45,865 bases of DNA, taken from Escherichia phage mEp460_ev081. Positions 30,092 to 37,946 of the stretch are shown piece after piece (position 1 is the first letter of the stretch; each line of letters starts with the position of its first letter). The position numbers and the translations under genes were made by a program. The stretch lies in sequence record LR597641; one strand, written 5' to 3'. The notes beneath the pieces are model-generated. The model did no database searches, was not told where the DNA came from, and worked only from the letters and a program-made list of their open reading frames with translations.

Positions 30092-30425
30092 GAACTTGCA
30101 GGACGTCATGATCGTAACTTCCATCCAAACCGCGACGGCAAATTGCTTCTCGTATTACCGGAAGCAGTTCGCTGGAAATCTCGGTGCATATTTCACCTGA
30201 TAATACGCCTGGCTCAAGTGAGAATATTGGTGAACTTACGGTCTTGGTCTCGACAGTTTCAGAGTCAGTGCCAACATTATAAAGCTCAACGAAAGCGGTC
30301 TTGATTTTCCGGGCCAGATCTTTTGCTGGCTCGCTTGCAATATCTTTCCCGATTTCTCGCAGCACAGAATGCAATGTATGAGCTGCTGTTTTCTGTACAT
30401 CAGACGGTAAATCTTTAAATTCCAT
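30060..30425 (-). CDS. Hypothetical protein in YdfB/YdfC position of the dicB operon
   Basis: 121-aa ORF from MEFKDLPSDVQKTAAH... between the ydfA-like gene and DicF; homology to YdfB/YdfC is inferred from position and memory only. Confidence 0.45.
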   Translation of the reverse strand: MEFKDLPSDVQKTAAHTLHSVLREIGKDIASEPAKDLARKIKTAFVELYNVGTDSETVETKTVSSPIFSLEPGVLSGEICTEISSELLPVIREAICRRGLDGSYDHDVLQVLRTMVTSLGI

Positions 30426-30436
30426 CGTCAGCCTCA

Positions 30437-30589
30437 TCAGTCAGTGTTTCTGGCTAACCAGCAACGCGCGCCAGATTCGGTTTTAAACGTTTTGCTTTTG
30501 GTATATGTCATCGCGGTGAACGTACCGTCCTGGTTGGGGAACACGCCACATACCAGAGATTCGCTGTTGCCAAGATCGATAGTATCCAT
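30437..30589 (-). CDS. YdfA-like small protein
   Basis: 50-aa ORF from MDTIDLGNSESLVCGVFPNQDGTF...; first gene downstream of the repressor gene, preceded by an operator-like palindrome. Confidence 0.45.
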   Translation of the reverse strand: MDTIDLGNSESLVCGVFPNQDGTFTAMTYTKSKTFKTESGARCWLARNTD

Positions 30590-30702
30590 GCTGACCTCAT
30601 TTCCCCTTAACGCCGGGGTAGCGGAACTGTTTGCTGAGAACACCGTGCGGTGTCTTGATGGAAGTAATTTAGTTTTCTCATTATTTTTCGTCAAGGTTTT
30701 TT

Positions 30703-30718
30703 GATGAGAAAACTCAAG
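30703..30718. promoter_or_regulatory. Operator-like palindrome (TGAGAAAACTCAA) upstream of the dicB-type operon
   Basis: Second copy of the motif found in the repressor/cro intergenic region; an inverted partner (agttttctca) lies about 25 bp upstream. Confidence 0.45.
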
Positions 30719-30781
30719 TATTGGCGCAAGATAAAGCCAATACATTGAAATGTAAGGCTTTAAAATTTTGTGAAGGGATGA

Positions 30782-31189
30782 TTATTGATGCTTGTTGCGT
30801 TTGCGAGCCTCTAATAGCTCGGTGAACAGGCGATTAAAATTCTCAACGCGGGCGCGGAGTTCGCTGAGTTGTGCTTGTTGCTCTGATTTAGGAAGTGCGC
30901 GATACAAACGCAGCATCTCTAACTCATCTTCCGATAAGTCTAAGGCACTATCGAGTGAAACAGGGGGAGCTGGTGTTTTGTCCTCGTCGCCAAACAGTAT
31001 CCAGGTTGGTGAACATTGCAATACCTCGGCGAGGCGATGCAAATTTTGCCCGCGCGGGGCTGTATGGTCACTTTCCCATAATGAAATTGATGAGCCAGAT
31101 ACGCCAGCAGCTTTGCTTAAACCGTTTTGACTTAAGCCTACCTGCTTACGTCTTTCTCTAATGCGTTGACCTAAAGTTTTCTCGTTCAT
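30782..31189 (-). CDS. Immunity repressor, DicA-like (XRE-family HTH)
   Basis: 136 aa; HTH segment (LGQRIRERRKQVGLSQNGLSKAAGVSGSSISLWE) and C-terminal similarity to E. coli DicA (VLQCSPTWILFGDEDK...NFN.LF.ELL.ARKR); divergent from a Cro/DicC-like gene; no S24 peptidase domain. Confidence 0.85.
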   Translation of the reverse strand: MNEKTLGQRIRERRKQVGLSQNGLSKAAGVSGSSISLWESDHTAPRGQNLHRLAEVLQCSPTWILFGDEDKTPAPPVSLDSALDLSEDELEMLRLYRALPKSEQQAQLSELRARVENFNRLFTELLEARKRNKHQ

Positions 31190-31236
31190 ATTTAGATATC
31201 TTAATAACCCTTGACTTGAGATTCCTTGAGTGATTA

Positions 31237-31255
31237 GCATTGAGAAAACTCAATA
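31237..31255. promoter_or_regulatory. Operator-like palindrome in the repressor/cro divergent promoter region
   Basis: TTGAGAAAACTCAA perfect palindrome between the divergent DicA-like and DicC-like genes. Confidence 0.5.
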
Positions 31256-31266
31256 TTGGAGGTGCG

Positions 31267-31494
31267 ATGTTTAAATCAGACGTAATTAATTTTTACGGTA
31301 CGAAAGCCAAAGTAGCGAAAGCTGCTGGCGTTGACCCATCTGCTGTTTCTCAATGGCAAGAGCTGGTTCCTGAAGGTCGCGCGATGCGTCTACAGGAGGC
31401 ATCTGGCGGCGAGCTTCTGTATGATCCCAAGGTTTATGACGAATATCGTAAGACGAAGCGGGCGGGGCGGTTGAACAATGAAAATCACTCCTGA
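31267..31494 (+). CDS. Cro/DicC-like regulator
   Basis: 75-aa ORF divergent from the repressor; my alignment to DicC/YdaS-family proteins is from memory and unverified. Confidence 0.65.
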   Translation: MFKSDVINFYGTKAKVAKAAGVDPSAVSQWQELVPEGRAMRLQEASGGELLYDPKVYDEYRKTKRAGRLNNENHS

Positions 31495-31999
31495 ACAGGC
31501 TCGTGAGGCTCTGGATGCCTGGATATGTCGACCAGGAATGACACAGGAGCAGGCGACGATATTAATCACTGAAGCATTCTGGGCTTTGAAAGAGCGCCCG
31601 AACATCGATGTTCAGCGTGTCACAGATGAAGGTGGCGCGGTTGATCAGCGAGCGCTTGGCGTTAATCGAGTGAAGATATTCGAACGCTGGAAGGCTATCG
31701 ACACTAGGGATAAGCGTGAAAAGTTCACGGCGCTAGTGCCTGCAATTATGGAGGCTATCCGGATTAATGATTTCAGGTTGTATCGTGAAATTAGTGACGG
31801 AAAAAGCATCACGTACATGATCGCCGGGTTAAACAAAGAATATGGCGATGTGGTGGAGTCCGGACTGCTTTTTGCTGATCCTGCCGTAGTGGATCGTGAA
31901 ACTGACGAACTTATAGAAAAAGCAATTGCTTTCAAACTTGCGTATCGACAGCAATACCAACAAAAAGCTGGATGGAATTATGAGCCTTCTTTTTGCTGA
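31478..31999 (+). CDS. Hypothetical early protein (possibly YdaT/CII-like regulatory)
   Basis: 173-aa ORF between the cro-like and replication genes; functional call is by position only. Confidence 0.4.
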   Translation: MKITPEQAREALDAWICRPGMTQEQATILITEAFWALKERPNIDVQRVTDEGGAVDQRALGVNRVKIFERWKAIDTRDKREKFTALVPAIMEAIRINDFRLYREISDGKSITYMIAGLNKEYGDVVESGLLFADPAVVDRETDELIEKAIAFKLAYRQQYQQKAGWNYEPSFC

Positions 32000-32945
32000 A
32001 CGCCCACTGGTTATAAACACACAGCTTGCGATGAAGATTGGCTTAAATGAAGCCATTGTGTTGCAGCAGTTGCATTACTGGTTGAGAGATACCAATTCCG
32101 GCATGGAATGTGATGGTGTTCGCTGGATTTACAACACAACGGAACAATGGCTGGAACAGTTCCCATTCTGGTCAGAGTCAACGTTAAAGCGCGCGTTTGC
32201 AAGTCTGAAAACGCTGGGGCTTTTGCGTTGTGAAAAGCTCAATAAATCAAAGCGCGATATGACCAATTTCTACACGATCAACTACGGGAGCGAGCTTTTA
32301 GATGGTGGCAAATTGAGCGAATCCATCGGTTTAAAATGCGCCGCTCCATCAGGTCAAAATGACACGATGGAAGAGGTCAAAATGAAACGCTCCATTGGTT
32401 CAAAACGACCCAATGTCATCGGGTCAAAATGGCCTGATGATCTTACAGAGAATACAACAGAGATTACTACAGAGAATAAAAACACTTTTCGTCCGGAAGC
32501 TTCGCAACCGGACCCGCAGACCGCTGAACAGGATTTTTTAACCCGGAACCCCGACGCGGTTGTGTTTAGTGCGAAAAAACGCCAGTGGGGTAGCAGGGAG
32601 GATTTGGCGTGTGCGCAGTGGATTTGGGGGCGGATCGTGAACCTTTACGAACAGGCTGCCAGCGACGATGGAGAGATCATGCGACCAAAAGAGCCTAACT
32701 GGACAGCCTGGGCCAATGACGTGCGCACAATGCGGATGCTGGATGGCAGAAGCCACAGACAAATTTGCGAAATGTTTGGTCGGGTACAGCGAGATCAATT
32801 CTGGGTAAAAAACATCATGAGCCCGTCAAAACTCCGCGAAAAATGGGACGAACTGGTCATCCGCCTGGGACGTTCACCTGTACAGCGTTGTATGAATCAT
32901 ATTTCTGAACCGGATACAGAAATTCCGCCTGGTTTCAGAGGATAA
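31980..32945 (+). CDS. Replication initiation protein (lambda O-like, contains origin iterons)
   Basis: 321-aa ORF with N-terminal replisome-organizer-like region; the coding sequence contains about five direct iterons followed by an AT-rich stretch, as in ori-lambda inside gene O. Confidence 0.75.
   Translation: MSLLFAERPLVINTQLAMKIGLNEAIVLQQLHYWLRDTNSGMECDGVRWIYNTTEQWLEQFPFWSESTLKRAFASLKTLGLLRCEKLNKSKRDMTNFYTINYGSELLDGGKLSESIGLKCAAPSGQNDTMEEVKMKRSIGSKRPNVIGSKWPDDLTENTTEITTENKNTFRPEASQPDPQTAEQDFLTRNPDAVVFSAKKRQWGSREDLACAQWIWGRIVNLYEQAASDDGEIMRPKEPNWTAWANDVRTMRMLDGRSHRQICEMFGRVQRDQFWVKNIMSPSKLREKWDELVIRLGRSPVQRCMNHISEPDTEIPPGFRG
32321..32490 (+). repeat. Putative replication origin: iteron array plus AT-rich region
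   Basis: Repeated TCCATYGGKTCAAAATG-like units (tccatcggtttaaaatg, tccatcaggtcaaaatg, gaggtcaaaatg, tccattggttcaaaacg, catcgggtcaaaatg) followed by AT-rich acagagaatacaacagagattactacagagaataaaaaca. Confidence 0.6.
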
Positions 32946-32985
32946 GTTTTGATTTCAGGTCATGAGGTAATTTTAAGGGGGACTT

Positions 32986-33387
32986 GTGGCAAAAGTTTTT
33001 ACACAAGAAGAGCGGGAAAAAATTAAAGGGCAGGTGGTGGAACTCGTGCGCCAGAGCGGTCGTGAGACGTTACGGCAACTGGAAGCTAAAACAGGTGCGA
33101 CTAGATATCTGATGAGCGTTCTTGCCAGAGAGCTGGTAGCCAGTGGCGATGTATACAACTCCGGCTACGGGTTATTCCCGTCTGAACAGGCGCGTAAGGA
33201 CTGGCAAAACGCCCGCAAAAAACTATCGAGGGCAAAGGTGAAGAAAACAGCTGTGGTTGATCCGGACCTTATCTGGTCGTTACCTGATGGAGAAATACGT
33301 CGCTACGACAGTCGCCTAAACATAATCTGTCGCGAGTGCCGGATGAGTGAAGTTATGCAGCGCATACTGGCATTTTATCAGGGATAA
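32986..33387 (+). CDS. Hypothetical protein
   Basis: 133-aa ORF (GTG start) after the replication gene; no recognisable motifs. Confidence 0.45.
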   Translation: MAKVFTQEEREKIKGQVVELVRQSGRETLRQLEAKTGATRYLMSVLARELVASGDVYNSGYGLFPSEQARKDWQNARKKLSRAKVKKTAVVDPDLIWSLPDGEIRRYDSRLNIICRECRMSEVMQRILAFYQG

Positions 33388-33821
33388 TGTTAGGTATTTT
33401 AGACGTTACTAGATTAAAAAGCATTAGTTCAGGAGTGAATTGACATTCTCATTTTTCATGGCACAGGGTAGATCTGGCGTGGTTGTCCGCTTTGTGCCAA
33501 GAGCGGACGTTGGTATGCAAGAGCCCTCCAAAAGTTGATGGTTGGTTTGCAGGGGGGCTTAAAGAAACTGCACTTATCAAGTTGAAGTTCTGTATTCAGC
33601 GAAATCGTAGCACTCTGACGATAAGTAACTCCGGTACTCCGCTCTTCGATGAAGAACCAGAGTAATCCCCCCGAAAAACCAGCGCATCAAAATTGGATCT
33701 TCAGCGGTAGCTTATCGGCTATCGGAAGTACAGGTGTGGATTCGTGGTGAATTGCTTTGATAATAAACGATTAATACGGAAAAACGCATTAATCATTTAT
33801 TAGCTTTTAGTAAACCACAAT

Positions 33822-35171
33822 TTATTCCGTTTTACATATCATAGTAGTCGATTGGAGAATATAGTTTCTGGGAATGTACTCTTCAAAGTGTTCGTCCTTT
33901 TTAAATACATGAACTACATTTGGGAATAATTGATAGTCAACAGGGTGTATAGCGTTTGGATTATGGTACATGTACATGGCTGTACACCATGGTTCTTGAT
34001 AGTTAGGGTCACTTACATCGGCTGAAAATGGATGTGGGGCTGCATCCTGATCAGTTTTAACACCACTGACGTACACTTTGAATCCACTCGCCTCTACACC
34101 TGCAAGAATTCCCATCCGGTTAAACTTAGGTATGGTTGCTTGAGTAGTGAGTAAAACGGCAGAAACATAATTATTTTGTTCTGAGCCAAAAAAGTTCGAC
34201 TTGATACTTCTATTTTCATCTGTATGTCTTTCAATAGAAATGCCTGACTCAATATCAATCCCGTACAAATAGCTATGCAAGGCTTCGCTTGAGAAGGCCA
34301 TGGACATTCTTTTTGAATAATCCTGCATTGCTATGACAAATGGTTTGTTCTTTGTATGGTTGAGTTCCCAGTAATGAACTTTCTCTGGCTCAGGGCAATG
34401 CCGGACTTTTTTTAATAAACTTCTTGCAAACTTAAAAGGCATGACATTTAGAACATGTTTTCTTAATTCATCCATCTGTTCATCGTTAATGACTTTTCTT
34501 TCAAGAGGGGCTTCTGCTTCAGCAATGCTTACAGCCTCTACAGCAATTTCCACTCCAAATTTAGATAGCAGAAAATCTGGTTGATTGTATTCTCTATTCA
34601 TTTCAAAGTCGAGTTCATAAAATACAGCGTTCAAATATAATTCAAATAACCTTGAATTAAATGCATCACTTTGAAAATCCCTTATAAATATTCCATCAGG
34701 ATCTTTGAACCAGTATGCAAGTTCCTCAAGAACAATATATGCAGGGAAATGAAGAGGGTCTTCGAGGAGCATTTTTATATAAACATTCCTTTTTTTCTCT
34801 GGGACTTTACTCAAGAATAATGAAAAAGGTTTGGATGATTCATCGCCTTGCATGAATGTACCATTTTGGTGCTGCGCCAGCATCTTTGGTATGTCATCGT
34901 TCAAATTATTAAGCAAGACATCCATTGAATCAAATGAAGCCAAGACGTTTATTGCTCTGAATTTTTTATCTAAATCCCGACCTAAGACTATTGCGTTAAA
35001 ATCTTTATCAATATTGCATATGATTATTGTGGATAACAATGTTATCCCATTCCCCTCATATTTAAACCAGCGTATCTCCTCAGAAAATGTCTTAAGGTAA
35101 GGTGAGCGACCGTAAAAATAAATATCAAATTGTTCTTTGCTGATCTCACTGAAGTGTAATCCTGCGTTCAT
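33822..35171 (-). CDS. Hypothetical protein, AT-rich orphan gene (candidate accessory/defence cargo)
   Basis: 449-aa uninterrupted ORF on the strand opposite its neighbours, in a markedly AT-rich segment; no P-loop, HEXXH, RT or other motif I can recognise. Confidence 0.7.
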   Translation of the reverse strand: MNAGLHFSEISKEQFDIYFYGRSPYLKTFSEEIRWFKYEGNGITLLSTIIICNIDKDFNAIVLGRDLDKKFRAINVLASFDSMDVLLNNLNDDIPKMLAQHQNGTFMQGDESSKPFSLFLSKVPEKKRNVYIKMLLEDPLHFPAYIVLEELAYWFKDPDGIFIRDFQSDAFNSRLFELYLNAVFYELDFEMNREYNQPDFLLSKFGVEIAVEAVSIAEAEAPLERKVINDEQMDELRKHVLNVMPFKFARSLLKKVRHCPEPEKVHYWELNHTKNKPFVIAMQDYSKRMSMAFSSEALHSYLYGIDIESGISIERHTDENRSIKSNFFGSEQNNYVSAVLLTTQATIPKFNRMGILAGVEASGFKVYVSGVKTDQDAAPHPFSADVSDPNYQEPWCTAMYMYHNPNAIHPVDYQLFPNVVHVFKKDEHFEEYIPRNYILQSTTMICKTE

Positions 35172-35293
35172 ACCAATTCCTTTTCAATGAATAATTGGCC
35201 TTTAGGAGTGATTCCCTTTGTCTTTAATTCAGTTCTAACTAGTTCTTTAATCCAATAGCCTAAGCTCATCATGCAGTTGGATCATAAGACAAC

Positions 35294-35322
35294 GCCCTAT
35301 AGTGCTCGTGATACTATAGGGC
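35294..35322. promoter_or_regulatory. Perfect 10-bp inverted repeat (GCCCTATAGT-9 bp-ACTATAGGGC), operator candidate
   Basis: Seen directly in the intergenic region upstream of the 449-aa gene's start codon. Confidence 0.4.
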
Positions 35323-35613
35323 ATCTGACCACACTGTTAACTGGAGTAACGACTATGGCAGGAATACAGCATAACCAAACTCACCCCAAACTTACATAGC
35401 GCTTTCTGGCCGTGAGCATAACAAGGTCCACTCCTCGCTCAAAGCGGACTAGAAGGTTAGCTTGTGTCGGACTTTGCGTATTAAATGACTAGTGGTTGAG
35501 CCCCATTTCCACAGAAAAAATCAGAGAAACTATACCCAATAGTTGTATTGAATCACTGACGAGACAGCCTCATATTCATCAGGACTGGTGTACGTCCAAT
35601 ACAGGAGGTTGTG

Positions 35614-35703
35614 GTGCTGGTTCTCAAATGTGCGCTGGCTATTACGGCTGTAATGGCGATTTATTGTCTTGCTATTGTTCTTATGGATCGCCTTTCTGAC
35701 TGA
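35614..35703 (+). CDS. Small hydrophobic peptide (29 aa; type I toxin-like or small membrane protein), tentative
   Basis: GGAGG (35604-35608) followed 5 nt later by GTG; encodes MLVLKCALAITAVMAIYCLAIVLMDRLSD, one predicted TM helix with a charged tail; the overlapping frame-0 Cys/Gly-rich ORF looks like an alternative-frame artefact. Confidence 0.35.
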   Translation: MLVLKCALAITAVMAIYCLAIVLMDRLSD

Positions 35704-35914
35704 TTTCACATTGGCGAGGTAACGGTAGTTAAGTAGAATGGCTGCGGGTGCTTGAGGCTATCTGCCTCGGGCATGAACACCAACGGCAGATAGAGAAAAG
35801 CCCCAGTTAACATTACGCGTCCTGCAAGACGCTTAACATTAATCTGAGGCCAATTTCATGCTAGACACATGTAGGTTAGCCTCTTACGTGCCGAAAGGCA
35901 AGGAGAAGCAGGCT

Positions 35915-36070
35915 ATGAAGCAGCAAAAGGCGATGTTAATCGCCCTGATCGTCATCTGTTTAACCGTCATAGTGACGGCACTGGTAACGAGGAAAGACCT
36001 CTGCGAGGTACGAATCCGAACCGGGCAGACGGAGGTCGCTGTCTTCACAGCTTACGAACCTGAGGAGTAA
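35915..36070 (+). CDS. hok: Hok/Gef-family type I toxin (HokD/RelF-like)
   Basis: 51 aa MKQQKAMLIALIVICLTVIVTALVTRKDLCEVRIRTGQTEVAVFTAYEPEE; the in-frame upstream extension from 35858 sits in the mok position; 3' fold-back region and terminator follow. Confidence 0.9.
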   Translation: MKQQKAMLIALIVICLTVIVTALVTRKDLCEVRIRTGQTEVAVFTAYEPEE

Positions 36071-36138
36071 GAGACCCGGCGAGGGAGAAATCCCTCGCCA
36101 CCTCTGATGTGGCAGGCATCCTCAACGCACCCGCACTT

Positions 36139-36168
36139 AACCCGCTTCGGCGGGTTTTTGTTTTTATT
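36139..36168 (+). terminator. hok mRNA terminator
   Basis: cccgcttcggcggg hairpin followed by tttttgtttttatttt. Confidence 0.6.
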
Positions 36169-36286
36169 TTCAACGCGTTTGAAGTTCTGGACGGTGCCGG
36201 AATAGAATCAAAAATACTTAAGTAGCGCGCAGGGATAAGAGGGATGGTCCCTTAAAGGGGAGAGCTAATTATCCGGAAGGATTCTG

Positions 36287-36538
36287 ATGATGAACATCGA
36301 AGAACTGCGTAAAATTTTTTGTGAAGATGGCCTCTATGCGGTGTGCGTTGAAAATGGAAATCTTGTTAGTCATTACCGCATTATGTGTTTGCGAAAGAAT
36401 GGGGCTGCGTTAATTAATTTTGTGGATGGTCGAGTGACAGACGGATTTATCTTGCGCGAAGGTGAGTTTGTCACTTCATTACAGGCACTGAAAGAGATCG
36501 GAATAAAAGCAGGCTTTTCAGCTTTTGCAGAAGAATAA
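36287..36538 (+). CDS. Hypothetical protein
   Basis: 83-aa ORF (MMNIEELRKIFCEDG...) with RBS; nin-region position. Confidence 0.5.
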   Translation: MMNIEELRKIFCEDGLYAVCVENGNLVSHYRIMCLRKNGAALINFVDGRVTDGFILREGEFVTSLQALKEIGIKAGFSAFAEE

Positions 36539-36604
36539 ACTCATCTACAATCTTGCGCGGGGCTGAACTCCCGCTGAGTAACACCGTGCCACCGGAGAAA
36601 ACCG

Positions 36605-36883
36605 ATGGCACGCAACGTAAAATATTACAATTCTGATAATTCGCCCGTTCTTGCCTGCACGCACGAGCGGTATTCTCACGCATTCAAGTCTGAATGGTTC
36701 CAACACCCTCCATGCACTGAAGAGCAGGCTGAATGGATAATTCAGTGTTACCGCAGGCGCGGATACGAGGTTAAGAAAGCCCTTAGTCTCGACTACCGTC
36801 ACTGGATAATCTCAGTCAGATTGCCTTACTCCGAACGCCCACCACGTGCGTCCCGCACTTTCCAGCAACGGATCTGGAGGTAA
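36605..36883 (+). CDS. Hypothetical nin-region protein
   Basis: 92-aa ORF whose stop abuts the start of the DUF968 gene. Confidence 0.5.
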   Translation: MARNVKYYNSDNSPVLACTHERYSHAFKSEWFQHPPCTEEQAEWIIQCYRRRGYEVKKALSLDYRHWIISVRLPYSERPPRASRTFQQRIWR

Positions 36884-36884
36884 C

Positions 36885-37934
36885 GTGCGGGTATTACTTA
36901 GACCTGTTCTGGTGCCTGAGCTTGGGCTGGTGGTCCTTAAGCCGGGCCGTGAATCCATACAGATATTTCATAATCCTCGAGTGCTGGTGGAACCGGAACC
37001 AAAAAGCATGCGTAATCTGCCATCCGGAGTCGTTCCTGCCGTTGGCCAGCCGCTGGCGGAAGACAAAACATTGCTGCCGTTTTTTAGTAACGAACGGGTG
37101 ATTCGTGCTGCTGGCGGCGTTGGCGCATTGTCTGACTGGCTATTACGTCATGTTACATCCTGCCAGTGGCCTAATGGAGATTACCATCACACTGAAACAG
37201 TCATTCACCGTTATGGTACCGGCGCAATGGTGTTGTGTTGGCACTGCGACAACCAACTGCGTGACCAGACATCGGAATCACTGGAGCTGCTTGCTCAACA
37301 AAATCTGACAGCATGGGTGATTGACGTCATCCGTCACGCAATAAGCGGTACGCAGGAGCGGGAATTATCTTTGGCTGAATTATCCTGGTGGGCGGTCTGC
37401 AATCAGGTGGTGGATGCACTACCTGAGGCTGTATCGCGTCGTTCGCTGGGATTACCAGCGGAAAAAATCTGCTCGGTGTACCGCGAAAGCGACATCGTAC
37501 CGGGAGAGCAGACCGCCACCAGCATACTGAAACAGCGCACAAAAAATCTTGCGCCGCTGCCTCACGCCCACCAGCAACAGAACCCACCACAGGAAAAGAC
37601 GGTGGTCAGCATTGCCGTTGATCCTGAGTCTCCGGAATCTTTCATGAAACGACCTAAACGTCGCCGCTGGGTTAACGAGAAATACAAACGCTGGGTGAAG
37701 ACACAGCCGTGTGCGTGTTGTGGTAAGCCAGCCGACGATCCCCATCACCTGATTGGTCATGGTCAGGGCGGAATGGGGACAAAATCTCACGATATTTTCA
37801 CGCTACCGCTGTGTCGGGAGCATCACAACGAGCTTCATGCGGATCCTCTGGCGTTCGAAGAAAAGCATGGTTCTCAGGTTGATTTAATTTTTCGTTTTCT
37901 TGATCACGCCTTTGCAACTGGCGTGCTTGGGTAA
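36885..37934 (+). CDS. DUF968-family protein with HNH-like Cys/His motif (YdfU-like)
   Basis: GTG start preceded by GGAGG; C-terminal CACCGKPADDPHHLIGHGQGG...LCREHHNELH HNH-like signature; position upstream of rusA/Q as ydfU in Qin. Confidence 0.7.
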   Translation: MRVLLRPVLVPELGLVVLKPGRESIQIFHNPRVLVEPEPKSMRNLPSGVVPAVGQPLAEDKTLLPFFSNERVIRAAGGVGALSDWLLRHVTSCQWPNGDYHHTETVIHRYGTGAMVLCWHCDNQLRDQTSESLELLAQQNLTAWVIDVIRHAISGTQERELSLAELSWWAVCNQVVDALPEAVSRRSLGLPAEKICSVYRESDIVPGEQTATSILKQRTKNLAPLPHAHQQQNPPQEKTVVSIAVDPESPESFMKRPKRRRWVNEKYKRWVKTQPCACCGKPADDPHHLIGHGQGGMGTKSHDIFTLPLCREHHNELHADPLAFEEKHGSQVDLIFRFLDHAFATGVLG

Positions 37935-37946
37935 AAGAGGTGACTG

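Noticed and set aside
35496-35699. 67-aa Cys/Gly-rich ORF (possible microcin-like peptide)
   Set aside because: No ATG/RBS at its start; the +1 frame of the same DNA contains a GGAGG-GTG-initiated hydrophobic ORF that explains the open frame better.
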